DNA of 63,678 nucleotides, counting the filler, from Pirum gemmata (lineage: Eukaryota): assembly GCA_002812295.1 (NCBI GenBank). It is 24 parts of 24 records of this genome, joined end to end, with 100 filler letters (N's around TTAATTAATTAA, not from the genome) between each part and the next. Parts side by side here need not be neighbours in the genome. Positions count along the whole stretch, not along the records: positions 12,222 to 14,568 come from PDIN01006782.1; positions 14,669 to 17,041 come from PDIN01006783.1; positions 17,142 to 20,753 come from PDIN01006784.1; positions 20,854 to 23,824 come from PDIN01006785.1; positions 23,925 to 26,279 come from PDIN01006786.1; 19 more parts are not named here. One strand, written 5' to 3'. This document shows positions 12,288-24,077 of this stretch, in pieces. Within the stretch, counting starts at the first letter, position 1, and each line of letters starts with the position of its first letter. Made by a program: the position numbers and the translations under genes. The notes below the pieces were generated by a model. The model saw nothing but the letters and a program-made list of their open reading frames with translations, did not search any database and had not been told where the DNA came from.

Positions 12288-14390
12288 ATGCCTCCTCCAG
12301 CTTTACCATTTGATGTTTTAGGTTCCATCATTTCGTTCTTTGTTCAATTTTCATTGCCAATTAGTGGCTTATATGTATCTTCTGTACGAGAGTTGTTTGG
12401 AGAGTTAATTGACGACAATGTTAACGAAATATTTCCAGATGAGGCAATCGTTTTACTCAAGACAGGATTTCGAATGATTCGAAAGTGGGAAATGCAATTA
12501 CGAGAAATACTGTCAAACGAGATTTCACACGAAGAAATTAATAAACTTAAAGTAATTATTAATGAAAAACCTATATTTGAGTTTACGAAAAAAAAATTGT
12601 TTCAAGATATGGTTCGTACAACGATTTGTAAATTTGTTCCTAACGAGGGTTTTGTTTTACACCCTACTTGGTACCCTTTAGCTGTGTTTTAAATGATTAC
12701 GGTCCGTATACTGTTTGTGTTAGCTGTAATGTTCCAGGTGAATATTTGTTATCTCTTGTACCTATCGATATTAATACTTCACGAAACCGTAATATTAATA
12801 CTAATGAACTTTTAAATGTACTGAAACAGAAGGAGTTTTTTAATAATTTCTGGGACTATTTTGATAGCAACCTTATGTGGAAAGGTAGTTTTATTGACAC
12901 AGTATATTTTTTTCTTTTTTTTTCTCAGCATATAGTTTCTAAAACAATCCCTGAATTTACTAAAAGTTTAAGAACAACTGGCTCTATCAAAAAAAGGAAT
13001 GTATTGCAGGCACATACAAGTATAGCATTAGATGAGTTATCTAAGGAACGTCAAAAAATTCGTGATTATCTTAAGAAATACTGTTTAGCAGTAAAGAAAG
13101 CATTTTTTATACGATGGACATTAATATCTAATAAACCTACAATCTCTACTACTGATGTTCTTTTCTTTTGTAGACATGTGCTTAGCCTTTATATTCATTG
13201 TTATAAAATTGCCAACAGAAAAGGCGAGGTTATTTTGAAAGGGCTACTTGATATTTTTCATAACGGTTGTCTTGAATACTGGGAATACTGTTATATAACA
13301 TTGGTTAAGACGCGTTATAAGTTAAAAATTAAGTCTGAGAAAACGTTAGATAAATGTGTATTAAATGCTTTAGGAAAGAAAAGCAAATTTGCTTTAGTAT
13401 GGTATATTCATTTGTTTTTTGATAAGTTACCAATTATCCGTTTGTTTCGTCGTTATCGTTCTTACCTGTTATTTCAAATCTAATTTCTACAGATCTTGAA
13501 AGTCAAAGTCAATTGGTTTTCGAGCTTATGGATGCGATGTGTGTGTATTATAATCAATATAATTTTCGACTGGAGTTATCCCGTGTTATGAGTAAAACAC
13601 CTGACGAGTTAGAGGGCTTTATGAATATTATTGAAGAGAAGTGGCATACACAATACTGTGCTTTTAACGATTTATTTACTTCAGGATATAAGCCAACAAA
13701 CAGATATCTTACGATAATCAAGGCCCTGACTAACTTCCGTCCCAAATTATTTTTTCATTTCATGAAGTCATTGTATGGTTTGCAATTTGAAGATGACCAT
13801 CTTCTTACTATTTTTGATGACTTTTCGCCTTCTAATAAGCTTGAAATGAGTAAATATACGGCCATTAACTTGTGGATTATGTTTTATGCTAATAGCAAAA
13901 CACAATTGACGGTCTTTGAAAATCCAGCTCAAATGCGTATAATTATGTATTAAAAGAAACAAGTGATCTTAAATACTATTTTGTAGTACTCTACCACTTG
14001 GCTATGTTTTGTAATGATATTAGATCAGGAATTAGACGTCCGGAAAACTTTGATTTGAATTTGTATCAAACATTATTAACGAACACTCTATCGTTATGGA
14101 CAAGTAAAGCGTGTATTAAGTCTTTGTATTGTAATCCTATATGTCACTGTTGGAGTATGTTTATTAATTTTTTTAAATTTGCAAAGTTTGGTAATAAGAA
14201 AACTGGTAATTCAAACTTTAACCCTCCTGTTGCCAATATGAAAATGGTCAATGAAATTACATTGGCTTTGTCGAATACCCTTAATGACAAAGGTAATTGG
14301 AAGATTGGCGATACTATCATTTATGAAGGTATTAATTTGCGTTTAACTAAAGTTGAAAACTCTACTAAGTTAAGGTGTTGTTTTTTTTAA
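12288..14390 (+). pseudogene. About 700-codon gene of unknown function split into four overlapping ORFs by three same-direction frameshifts; F-box-like N-terminus
   Basis: ORFs 12288-12692, 12668-13483, (13426)13513-13953 and (13920)13998-14390 step through frames 3>2>1>3 with overlapping open frames. High-complexity coding-like sequence. N-terminal LPFDVLGSIISF resembles an F-box start. Confidence 0.6.
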
Positions 14391-14668
14391 AATGATTTTA
14401 TAAATTAAAATATATTATATTATATATTGTACAAAAACATATATATAATATGTTCTTCATTTTTTATTCTTTTAATTAAGTATAATCATTATTTATATAA
14501 TTTTTTATTCTTTTAATTAAGTATAATCATTATTTATATAATTGATAATAATAATAATAATAATAATGNNNNNNNNNNNNNNNNNNNNNNNNNNNNNNNN
14601 NNNNNNNNNNNNTTAATTAATTAANNNNNNNNNNNNNNNNNNNNNNNNNNNNNNNNNNNNNNNNNNNN

Positions 14669-16355
14669 AGGACGTTATAGTGAAAATCAAGAAATTTCTA
14701 CATATAATATAAAACTGACAACAATGTATGTAAACAAACAAATCATTAAAATAAACAAGAAGTAAATTAAAGGTAAATAGCGAATAGTTATTATAAGTAT
14801 AAGAGTTACCTAAATATATAAAGAACAGCAACAGCCTCACCAATAGCAATATAATCTGGTGTATAATAATATTCTACCCAACTCTTATTTATTAAAACAG
14901 TCCAAGATTGAGAATCAATAAAAAAATCATAATTTAAAAATTTTATAGATAAATCTGCAGAAAATAAAGTAGAATAACCTCCTCTAAACTCCACTGAATT
15001 ATATATATATAATAATTGCGAATTTGAAAAACTAAAAGTAATTAATCCTCCAAAACCAAAACTAGTACTAGCATCAACAAATAAAACACCTTGATATAAA
15101 GGTAAAGATAAAGAGAGTTGACTATGTAATAGACATGTTTTACACAATAATAATTCAAAATATAATGAATTAGGTAAAATATAAACATTATCATCTAAAT
15201 GATGATAATTATTTAATACATTATAAATATGAAATAAAAAAGAAATAAAACGACGTCGTAGTAAAAAAATCCACAAAAGTTTACCACATAAAGAATATAA
15301 GAAACGAGGAGTAAAAAGTTTTACACTTAAAAGATAATTAATTAAAGATAATATCTTGTTTTTTTTATCATAAGAGATTGTAACCAACCCCGAACGATAG
15401 AAAGTTGCACCACCAAAAGTACAAATTAAAGAATCAGAAGTAATAGTTTTCTTGGTATTACATTCTAAAGATAAAGAATTAATATATTGTAAAATTTTAT
15501 CAAAAAATTCATTTAGCAAAAACTGATTATTAGATAATAAAAAAATATCATCAATATAAGCTTTTGCAATGACAGAATTCAAAATTACAGCGTCACTATT
15601 TGAGTTAAACCAACATTTCGTAATATATGACAAATAATATGTTGGGCGCACCAAACAGCAAATTTAACCCCCATCGGTAATACTTTAAAACATGGATAAA
15701 GCATTTTGCCATCTTTTAAAATACCCGGTAAACCCAAATAAGGATATAACCATGATGGAAGTAAATAATGATAATAACAATTTGATAGATCACAACTTGC
15801 AAAATAAATAGGTTGATTTGATAAATTAATAATTTTAGTAACATCACTTAAATTTGGTAATGTTATCGGAAAACTATCATTAAAAAACATATTTACTCGT
15901 CGTCCATCAAAAATAACTCGATCAAGTGAATCATTTTTCTCCACTCCAAACAAACCATTTATTACTTTAGGTTTAACAGAAATAAATTCAATCATATTAG
16001 CTAAATATAATTTGTTAATAATTTTTGAATATTGATTCTGTTTAACAGCTAAAAATGGTGTAGGTAATAATTTAGGATTAGGGGGAGTTTTAACTAACAT
16101 ATATTCAGGAGTAATTAAATTGGAAATATGAGGAGGTAATAACTTAAAAATTGAAACAGGAGTAATAGACGTAACAGGGATAGCTAAGCGATCAACAGAG
16201 AGATACTTAATATTTTTACCTGCTTTAGATAAAGCAAAAAGTCGAAAAAAATCATCATCAGAAATAGTAAATAAGTCAGCAGTTAACCTTTTTGAGCTGG
16301 TGAAGAATTCTGAGGTCCCGGAAGCGTTGAAGCCGGATTCGAGAAAAAACCATTG

Positions 16356-16388
<33 letters not shown>

Positions 16389-16476
16389 CTACTATGAATT
16401 TGACTATTATTATTATTAGTATGAAAATTATTACTATTATTATTATTATTAATATTATTATTATTAACGTCAATAA
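14669..16476 (-). mobile_element. Decayed DIRS/tyrosine-recombinase-type retrotransposon: ORF1 tail plus reverse transcriptase-RNase H
   Basis: The pol frame is open from 16352. RT motifs: RVIFDGRRVN, DLSNCYYH, LPMG...AQ, and YIDD after a frameshift near 15600. These are followed by LCGKL.W...RR, the RNase H motif FVDASTSFGFG and IAIGEAVAV. No protease or integrase motifs; the recombinase would lie beyond the contig end. Confidence 0.82.
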
Positions 16477-17178
16477 TTTATTAATAAATTAATAAATCAA
16501 CAAAGGTAAAAAAAAGTTTTTTTATTATTATCATTATTATTCAATTTAAATAATTTAAATAAATTGAAGGAGGTATAAAAATAAAACCTCGATAGAGATT
16601 TTTACATAACAAACATAACAAACATTGCAAAAAAAATTTTCCACAGTTCGATTTTTTTAAATTAGTTTAAAACTTCTAGTGATATAATTTACAAATATCA
16701 TGTGTACATTGTAAAACTAAATTCCTTAAACTGTTTCGTTTGGGTGGATAAATACTTATTTCTTTTCTTTACTAATTGTAACCAAATTGCCTTTGTTCAT
16801 TCCATGTTTTCATGTTTATATCATTGTTTGCACTATCATATTTTAATTTGTAATAAGTAATTTTAACTTCAAGGGCGTTTTTTGTTTTTGTTTTTGTTTT
16901 TGTTTTTGTTCACTCAACTCCCACACCTCGTAAATATTTACCAAGCTTTAACCCCCCGCACCCTACCACTCAGATCCTACTTTCAAATTCACAACAACTA
17001 ATAGTCAACTAACCACACCTCGTAATACTTATCAATTTTCANNNNNNNNNNNNNNNNNNNNNNNNNNNNNNNNNNNNNNNNNNNNTTAATTAATTAANNN
17101 NNNNNNNNNNNNNNNNNNNNNNNNNNNNNNNNNNNNNNNNNGCTTTGGCTTGCAAATGTGTTTAGGGCTGAAGTGGTT

Positions 17179-17212
<34 letters not shown>

Positions 17213-17234
17213 AAGTAGTAGTAGAGTAGTAGTA

Positions 17235-17292
<58 letters not shown>

Positions 17293-17440
17293 AGTAATAG
17301 TAATAGAAGTGGTGGTGGTGGTGGTGGTGGTGGTGGTGGAAGTAGTAGTAGTAGTGGATAATAGTGATGTGGTAATACTATTGTTAAATTTATAGTAACA
17401 AAATCAAAATAGAAACAATGATACAAAATAGAAAAAATAC

Positions 17441-17656
17441 CTGGCCTATCGTATAACAATATTGCAAAAGGCCGTATCTAAGCAGTACATATTTCTCTGA
17501 CCCAACAGCCCATTGCTCTGGATAAACAATTTCATTCTCGTGAATCTCACCAACTAACCAAGTATCACAGAAAATTGCATAAACACTAACCACCAACAAA
17601 CAAAGTGTAATTATTAAACTGACGATGTTGAACGCAGTCCCAGCAAAACAACACAT
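17441..17656 (-). CDS. Claudin/PMP22/EMP-like membrane protein, N-terminal exon (TM1 and start of the first extracellular loop)
   Basis: Hydrophobic TM followed by DTW and YGLLQYC (W-GLW-C signature-like); ends at a CAG|GTATTT donor. Confidence 0.6.
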
Positions 17657-17907
17657 CTTTGTTATTTTATGTGTCAATTAAAATAATAAAGATAATGTAA
17701 AGATAACGATAATAATAATAATAATTAAAATAATAATATGAAAATAACTTGATAATGATAATAACAATGGTTATGGAATTATTTTGGTTTCGTTTGTTTT
17801 ACTTAATTATTGTTATAACTTTTCACTTATATTATTTTTAATATAATAATAAGAGTTGTAAAAATTAATAATAGTCTATCATAATAAAAAAAACTCTTTT
17901 TTTTTAA

Positions 17908-18150
17908 CAGCCCAGCCGGATAAAACTAATAAAACTGTACCAGGGTAGAAATCATTTTTTTAAACTTTAAACTTTACTTTAAAAAAGCCAAATTATTTTA
18001 AAAACTAGCTATTGGTTCATAATAGAGTTTTATTACTTATATATTTTTTATTATTTGGTAGTACTTACGTTAAAATTGGGTCATTTTGATATTGTTTGGA
18101 TTTTTAAGGTTATATGACTGACTGTTGTCCATTTTTATCCGTCTTGGTAG
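17908..18150. mobile_element. MITE family C (about 230-250 bp, TTAA-flanked, piggyBac-like ends)
   Basis: TTAA|CAGCCCAGCCGGATAAAA ... TTTTATCCGTCTTGGTAG|TTAA. Other copies at 54274-54500, 45514-45765, about 31195-31440, 43460-43620, 51196-51432 and 57141-57334. Confidence 0.8.
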
Positions 18151-18292
18151 TTAAAAAAAAAATTAAAAGAATAATCTTTATATTATAAATAGAAATGTGA
18201 TTACTATATATAATAAATAGGTTACCATTAAAAGGAATTTTTTTCCTAAGTATTTTTCTTTTTTGGGCTTTTTTGGTTCCATCAGTATTTTT

Positions 18293-18400
<108 letters not shown>

Positions 18401-18414
18401 NNNNNNNNNNNNNN

Positions 18415-18508
18415 CAAATACAGCTTCAAATACCCCTACCTACCTACCCCTCGACGTTAATTTCCCGTCAAATACCACCTACTTACCTACCCCTTGACGT
18501 GACGTATC
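18415..18508. mobile_element. Partial MITE family A copy
   Basis: Matches the 3' two-thirds of the 45980-46124 copy. Confidence 0.8.
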
Positions 18509-19370
18509 ACCATACATGACAGATGGCTACAGATGGTGTTGGTCTACCTCCATCTTTGAATATTTTGGCTGGTTATAATATTTTATCTGACATTTTAAAA
18601 TTAATAAATAGATAATAAAATATACCAAATTAAATTAAATAGATCTATATTATTTTAATTTGGTACTCTTAACTACCAGTAGACAGGGTCTAGCTAGAGG
18701 GGTCTAGATCTATATCTGAGATCATCTGAGATCTATTTCATGTTGTCCAGTTCAAAAACTGAAATAAACTTACCAAATTATTATTATGTTTGAGCTATCA
18801 GGCATGTTTTGATTAATCTGGTACTTTATACTTAATGTTTTATTTTATAATTAAGTTCAATTACACACTTAAACAGTACCAAATTAAAGATTGAGAGGAC
18901 AACTGTAATGAAATAGACGATAAATAGGTCCAGATTCCAGTTCAAAAACTGAAAAAAACATGCCAAATTATTATTATGGTTAAACTATCGGACATGTTTT
19001 AATTAATTTGGTAATTTGTACTTTTAATGTTGTATTAAATTTTTATAACACCAACCCTGCACACCTGCCCTGAACGAACACCAACCCTAACCCTATTAGA
19101 CTAAACCCTAACCCTAACCCTAACCCTAACCAGTCCCTAACCCCAAACCCAACCATAAAAAAGGCAACATTGCTGATTTAGTAAAGGGGATGCTCTAGCT
19201 ACTACTACTAAGCTAGCTAGCTAGTATCGACAGTAGATCTGATCGAGCTTTGCTTGTGAGCTTAGCCACCCCTCTAGCTAGCTAGCTAGCTAGCTAGTCT
19301 AGCTAGTAGTCTAGTAGCTAGCTTTTATGATACTATCATACTGATACTACTAATACTACTACTACTACTG

Positions 19371-19479
<109 letters not shown>

Positions 19480-20036
19480 NNNNNNNNNNNNNNNNNNNNN
19501 NNNNNNNNNNNNNNNNNNNNNNNNNNNNNNNNNNNNNNNNNNNNNNNNNNNNNNNNNNNNNNNNNNNNNNNNNNNNNNNNATAAATAAATAATGTATAAG
19601 GTTGTGGATACTGTTGCTGTTGTGGTTGGTGGTGGTGGTGGGTTGTTCTTGTTCTTGTTCGTGTTCTTGTTCTTGTTCTTATCGTTGTTGTTGTTGTGGT
19701 GGTGGTGGTGGTGGTGGTGGTAGTAGTGGTTGTTCTTGTTGTTGTGGTTGTTGTTCTTTTTGTGGTTGTTGTTGTTCTTGTTGTTGTGGTTGTTGTTCTT
19801 GTTGTTGTGGTTGTTGTTCTTGTTGTTGTGGTTGTTGTTCTTGTTGTGGTGGTTGTTGTTCTTGTTGTTACACTCTACAATAATAACTCGAATAACATAA
19901 CTAGTCCCAATGATAACAATACCCTAATACATTGCTGTATAAGGTGGAGGATATTGTTGTTGTTGTTGTTGTTGTTGTTGTTACATTCTAGAATAATAAT
20001 TCGAATAATATTACGAGTCCAAATGATAACAATACC

Positions 20037-20684
20037 CTAATACTTCGTTGTATAAGGCGGAGGATATTGTTGCTGTAGTTGTTGTTGTGGTTGTTGTAGT
20101 TGTTGTGGTTGTGGTTGTGGTTGTGGTTGTGGTTGTGGTTGTGGTTGTGGTTGTGGTTGTGGTCGTTGTTGTTGTTGTTGTTGTTGATAAAATTGTTGTT
20201 GTAAATAATGATGTTGATGTGATAGTGGTGGTGGTGGTGGTGGTGGTTGTATTGTAGAATAATAACTAGAATAAGTTATATAATTATCATAGATAGGCTG
20301 ATTGTCGGCATTCATGTTATGCATATTATCATAAATCGGTGGCTCGGTATTTTGATACAATAGATGTTGTTCCTCCTCTTCTACGTATTGATCCCTTCTC
20401 ATTCGATCTTGGCTCGAATATTTGATTTCTTCGAGCTCTAATCTAATACTACTACAATGCCACATGACATAAGTAAAAATAAGAAGTAAAAAAGAAGCGC
20501 AATTCACCGCAATATGCGCAATTAGTCCATCTCCCCATTCTATTGCTTGTTGTGACATGCTTTTAATAATAGAAAAGAAAAACCCAGCTGATACTAACGT
20601 ATACCCAACCATACCCAGAAAGCATAAAAGAAAAACCAAAAGCCTTTGTTTGTGGGCAGTTTTAGGCTTGGAACATAAGGCAGC
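20037..20684 (-). CDS. Last exon of a membrane protein (two TM helices, Q/P-rich tail with PPxY motifs); plausibly the C-terminal half of a claudin-like protein
   Basis: TTCAG acceptor at 20686-20685, in frame with ORF 20037-20639. TM-loop-WGDG-TM, then EPPIY and QQYPPPYTTKY*. Confidence 0.65.
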   Translation of the reverse strand, partial: AALCSKPKTAHKQRLLVFLLCFLGMVGYTLVSAGFFFSIIKSMSQQAIEWGDGLIAHIAVNCASFLLLIFTYVMWHCSSIRLELEEIKYSSQDRMRRDQYVEEEEQHLLYQNTEPPIYDNMHNMNADNQPIYDNYITYSSYYSTIQPPPPPPPLSHQHHYLQQQFYQQQQQQQRPQPQPQPQPQPQPQPQPQPQQLQQPQQQLQQQYPPPYTTKY

Positions 20685-20702
20685 CTGAATAATTGCATGT
20701 AC

Positions 20703-20743
<41 letters not shown>

Positions 20744-20744
<1 letters not shown>

Positions 20745-20753
20745 GATCGGAAG
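20744..20753 (+). other. Illumina adapter remnant at a contig end
   Basis: AGATCGGAAG immediately before the N spacer equals the start of the TruSeq adapter AGATCGGAAGAGC. Confidence 0.85.
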
Positions 20754-20853
20754 NNNNNNNNNNNNNNNNNNNNNNNNNNNNNNNNNNNNNNNNNNNNTTA
20801 ATTAATTAANNNNNNNNNNNNNNNNNNNNNNNNNNNNNNNNNNNNNNNNNNNN

Positions 20854-21414
20854 ATAATACAATAATATAATAATATAATAATACAATAATACAATAATAC
20901 AATAATACAATAATATATGTCAATAATACAACAATACAATAATACAATAATACAATAATACAATAATACAATAATACAATAATACAATAATACAATAATA
21001 CAATAATAAAATAATACAATACTACAATACTACAATAATACAATACTACAATAATACAGTAATACAATAATACAATAATACAATAATAATAATACAATAC
21101 AATAACACAATAATACAATAATACAATAATACAATAATACAATAATACAATAATACAATAATAATACAATAATACAATAATACAATAATACAATAATACA
21201 ATAATACATATATTAATACAATAATACAATAATACAATAACACAGTAATACAATAATGCAATGATATAATACAATGATACAATGATACAATGATACAATG
21301 ATACAATGATACAATAATACAATAATACAATAATACAATAATACAATAATACAATAATACAATAATACAATAATACAATAATACAGTAATACAATAATAC
21401 AATAATACAATAAT
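20854..21414. repeat. (CAATAATA)n 8-bp minisatellite
   Basis: Read directly; explains the YYCIIVLL pseudo-ORFs. Confidence 0.95.
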
Positions 21415-21473
21415 NNNNNNNNNNNNNNNNNNNNNNNNNNNNNNNNNNNNNNNNNNNNNNNNNNNNGGTGATC

Positions 21474-21510
<37 letters not shown>

Positions 21511-21572
21511 CAACAGCATTGACAACAACGACAGTAGCCAAGCAACAACACAACAATACCAACAATACCAAG

Positions 21573-21610
<38 letters not shown>

Positions 21611-22208
21611 AAGTTACTAAAACAGGCTCTAGAAGTAAAAATTCTGATAAAAGTGTTGGTATATTATTACATTTTCCAATTTCTTCGACGTCTTATGTTG
21701 GCTTTGACCTATGTTTTGACTCTTATTAGAGTTCGTTTTCTTTTTGTTATTAGACATATTTTATTGATAAGTTCATTACTTCACAAAAAGAAAGACTATC
21801 AAGCAAGTGATATTGTTGTTATTGTAATATCATGATACTGTGGTGGAAGGGAGCAGTTTTTATTATAGGGCTGGGCCGTTGACAATATCTATAAATATGA
21901 TGGTAATTACTTATTCGCTTATTTTAATTGTGGATAATGTATTATAATATTTATAATAAAATCAATTAACTACCATGATATTCATCAGATATAACTGATA
22001 TTATTCATGATCCTCTGCCTAGGACACTTTTTTTATGATTTTTCAACTAAAAGATTTTTCAAGACTGCTATGATTCTCTCAGGCAGCAGGCTATGAATCT
22101 TCTAAAAAAATAATGTTGTTATCGAACCAATAAACAGAGTTGTTCTTATCAATTATTACTTATAAATCATATTATCGATATCACCCCGATATTTAGTCGA
22201 TATAGGGA

Positions 22209-22490
22209 GACTAGCTAGATGAGACTAGCTAGATGAGACTAGCTAGAAGTAGCGGGAGACACTTGGGAGACTACTAGCTAGCTAGCTAGTAGCTCTAGGC
22301 GGGAGACTGCTCTCTAGATTAGTAGTAGGGAGAGGGAGACTGCTGGTAGAGTAGACTAGCTAGCTAGCTAGCTAGCTAGAGTAGCTAACTAGACTACACA
22401 AACTTTTTTTTAGACTAGCTAGCTAGCTAGCTAGTAGCTACTAGTAGCTAGTCTAAGTCTAGCTAGTAGTAGTCTAGCTAGCTAGAGGAC
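22209..22490. repeat. Dense cluster of self-complementary (CTAG)n/(TAG)n tracts; representative of dozens in the window
   Basis: AGCTAGCTAGCTAG runs interleaved with GAGACT and TAGTAG. Similar clusters near 6580, 19195, 27240, 28370, 28810, 43225, 54188, 57830, 58600 and 62190. Confidence 0.9.
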
Positions 22491-23097
22491 TTTTTTTGGA
22501 GCTTTTTTGGAGTCCTTGGAGGAGTCAGGATTCAGGAATCTTTGGGTTCATCATTGAAGGACTTCAAAAAAAAAGAGTAGTCTAAAAAGTCTTTTTTTTT
22601 TGTTTCAATGCATGTATAATCATAGTATATGCTTAGGCGTATGAGTTGTAGAAGTGTTGTAGACTATGATATCTAATCTATGATATATGCAATATATTAT
22701 AGTTATATTATCAATTTTATCATATATAATATTTTATCAATATATGCATATTGATAGACTATCATGATATATATCGATACAATAAAAAAAAAAGACTACT
22801 AGCTAGACTAGCTAGACTTAGGTGTGGTCTAGCTAGAGACTACTAGAGCTAGTATCGATAGTGATAGATTTGTATGTCTATATATAGAGTTTATGGATAT
22901 GCAGCGAATTGGAGGCCGAAGGCCGACCCGACATACTCCGAAGACGCCGACGCCTTCGTCGGTGATAATAACATTAATATTGTTTATTTATCATATATAT
23001 TCTCCTCAGATAGTATCACCAGTTATATTAATTACCTAATAGTTTACCTAATAGTATCGGAATATTGTCAGATAATATTATATCACCAGCTATATTA

Positions 23098-23763
23098 ATT
23101 ACTTATTTTCATTCGTTTGCTATTACTACTACAATAATCATCATGACACTTATTGCAGGTAATAATTCCCAATGATTGGTTTTGCTCATGATCAGAGCAG
23201 AAAGAATGGACATAATTGTTATAATACATTGGGAGCATTTATGTGCCATTCCTACTTCTTTGTTACATACAGTACAAGCTAGAGCTGTTTCTGTGGCTGT
23301 GGAATTTATCATACAAGAATTGCATATTATGTTTTCATAATCTGGATCATTTCCAACGTTGGAACACTGTTTGTGTACTTCAATTTTACAAGTTTTACAC
23401 TTAAGATTATATCCACATTTTTTTTTACACACACCGCATGTTGTAAGAAGCATGTTCAAAACAGATTGCGTTCTTTTAGCATTATTATTATCACGGTTAT
23501 TAGCGTTCTTTTAGCATTATTATTATCACGGTTATTATTAATATTCTTATTGTTAGCAGCATTAGTTTTAGTAGTAGTAGTAGAAGTAGTCATGAAAGTT
23601 GTAGTTATATCATTACTATCATTGCTACTACTATTATTATTATTATCAAAATTAGTGTCAGTTAAATTAAAGGATCAATTTCGTACAATATTGTACCACT
23701 TTTTAGACCTTCTTTAAAAACATCTTGATTATAGTTTCTCTTAAAGTTTTTCTCATTTGGCAT
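23098..23763 (-). pseudogene. Disrupted tandem PHD-like zinc-finger ORF, possibly transposon-derived
   Basis: Finger 1 is CGVC..CKTC...VHKQC...CNSC. Finger 2 CTVC...AHKCSQC continues only after a 2-nt shift near 23225 as YNNYVHSFC...CNKC. The upstream part has an in-frame stop and a shift. Confidence 0.6.
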
Positions 23764-24008
23764 GGTGTACGAAATTGATTTATAAGATTTATAATAACAG
23801 AATAATAATAATAATAATAATAATNNNNNNNNNNNNNNNNNNNNNNNNNNNNNNNNNNNNNNNNNNNNTTAATTAATTAANNNNNNNNNNNNNNNNNNNN
23901 NNNNNNNNNNNNNNNNNNNNNNNNATTATTATTATTGTTATTTATTAATGAAACATGACATATTTATTTATTGTTTGTGTGTGTGTTGAACTTTTATTTT
24001 TTGTTTAG

Positions 24009-24077
24009 CAGCTTCCTCTACCTCTGGTGAAACAGATGAAAAAAAGAAACAAAAAACAGATAGTGTCTCAGGGGCAG
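24009..24077 (+). CDS. Isolated 69-nt internal exon of an unknown gene
   Basis: TTTAG| ... CAG|GTATGA; phase 1-1; encodes ASSTSGETDEKKKQKTDSVSGA. Confidence 0.5.

Noticed and set aside
12671..12681. 11-nt GT...AG 'micro-intron' that would repair the first frameshift
   Set aside because: Shorter than any spliceosomal intron I know of and likely chance; the other introns in this window are hundreds of bases long.
20744..20753. Non-repetitive 10-mer terminating an (AAT)n tract
   Set aside because: Untrimmed Illumina adapter, not biology.
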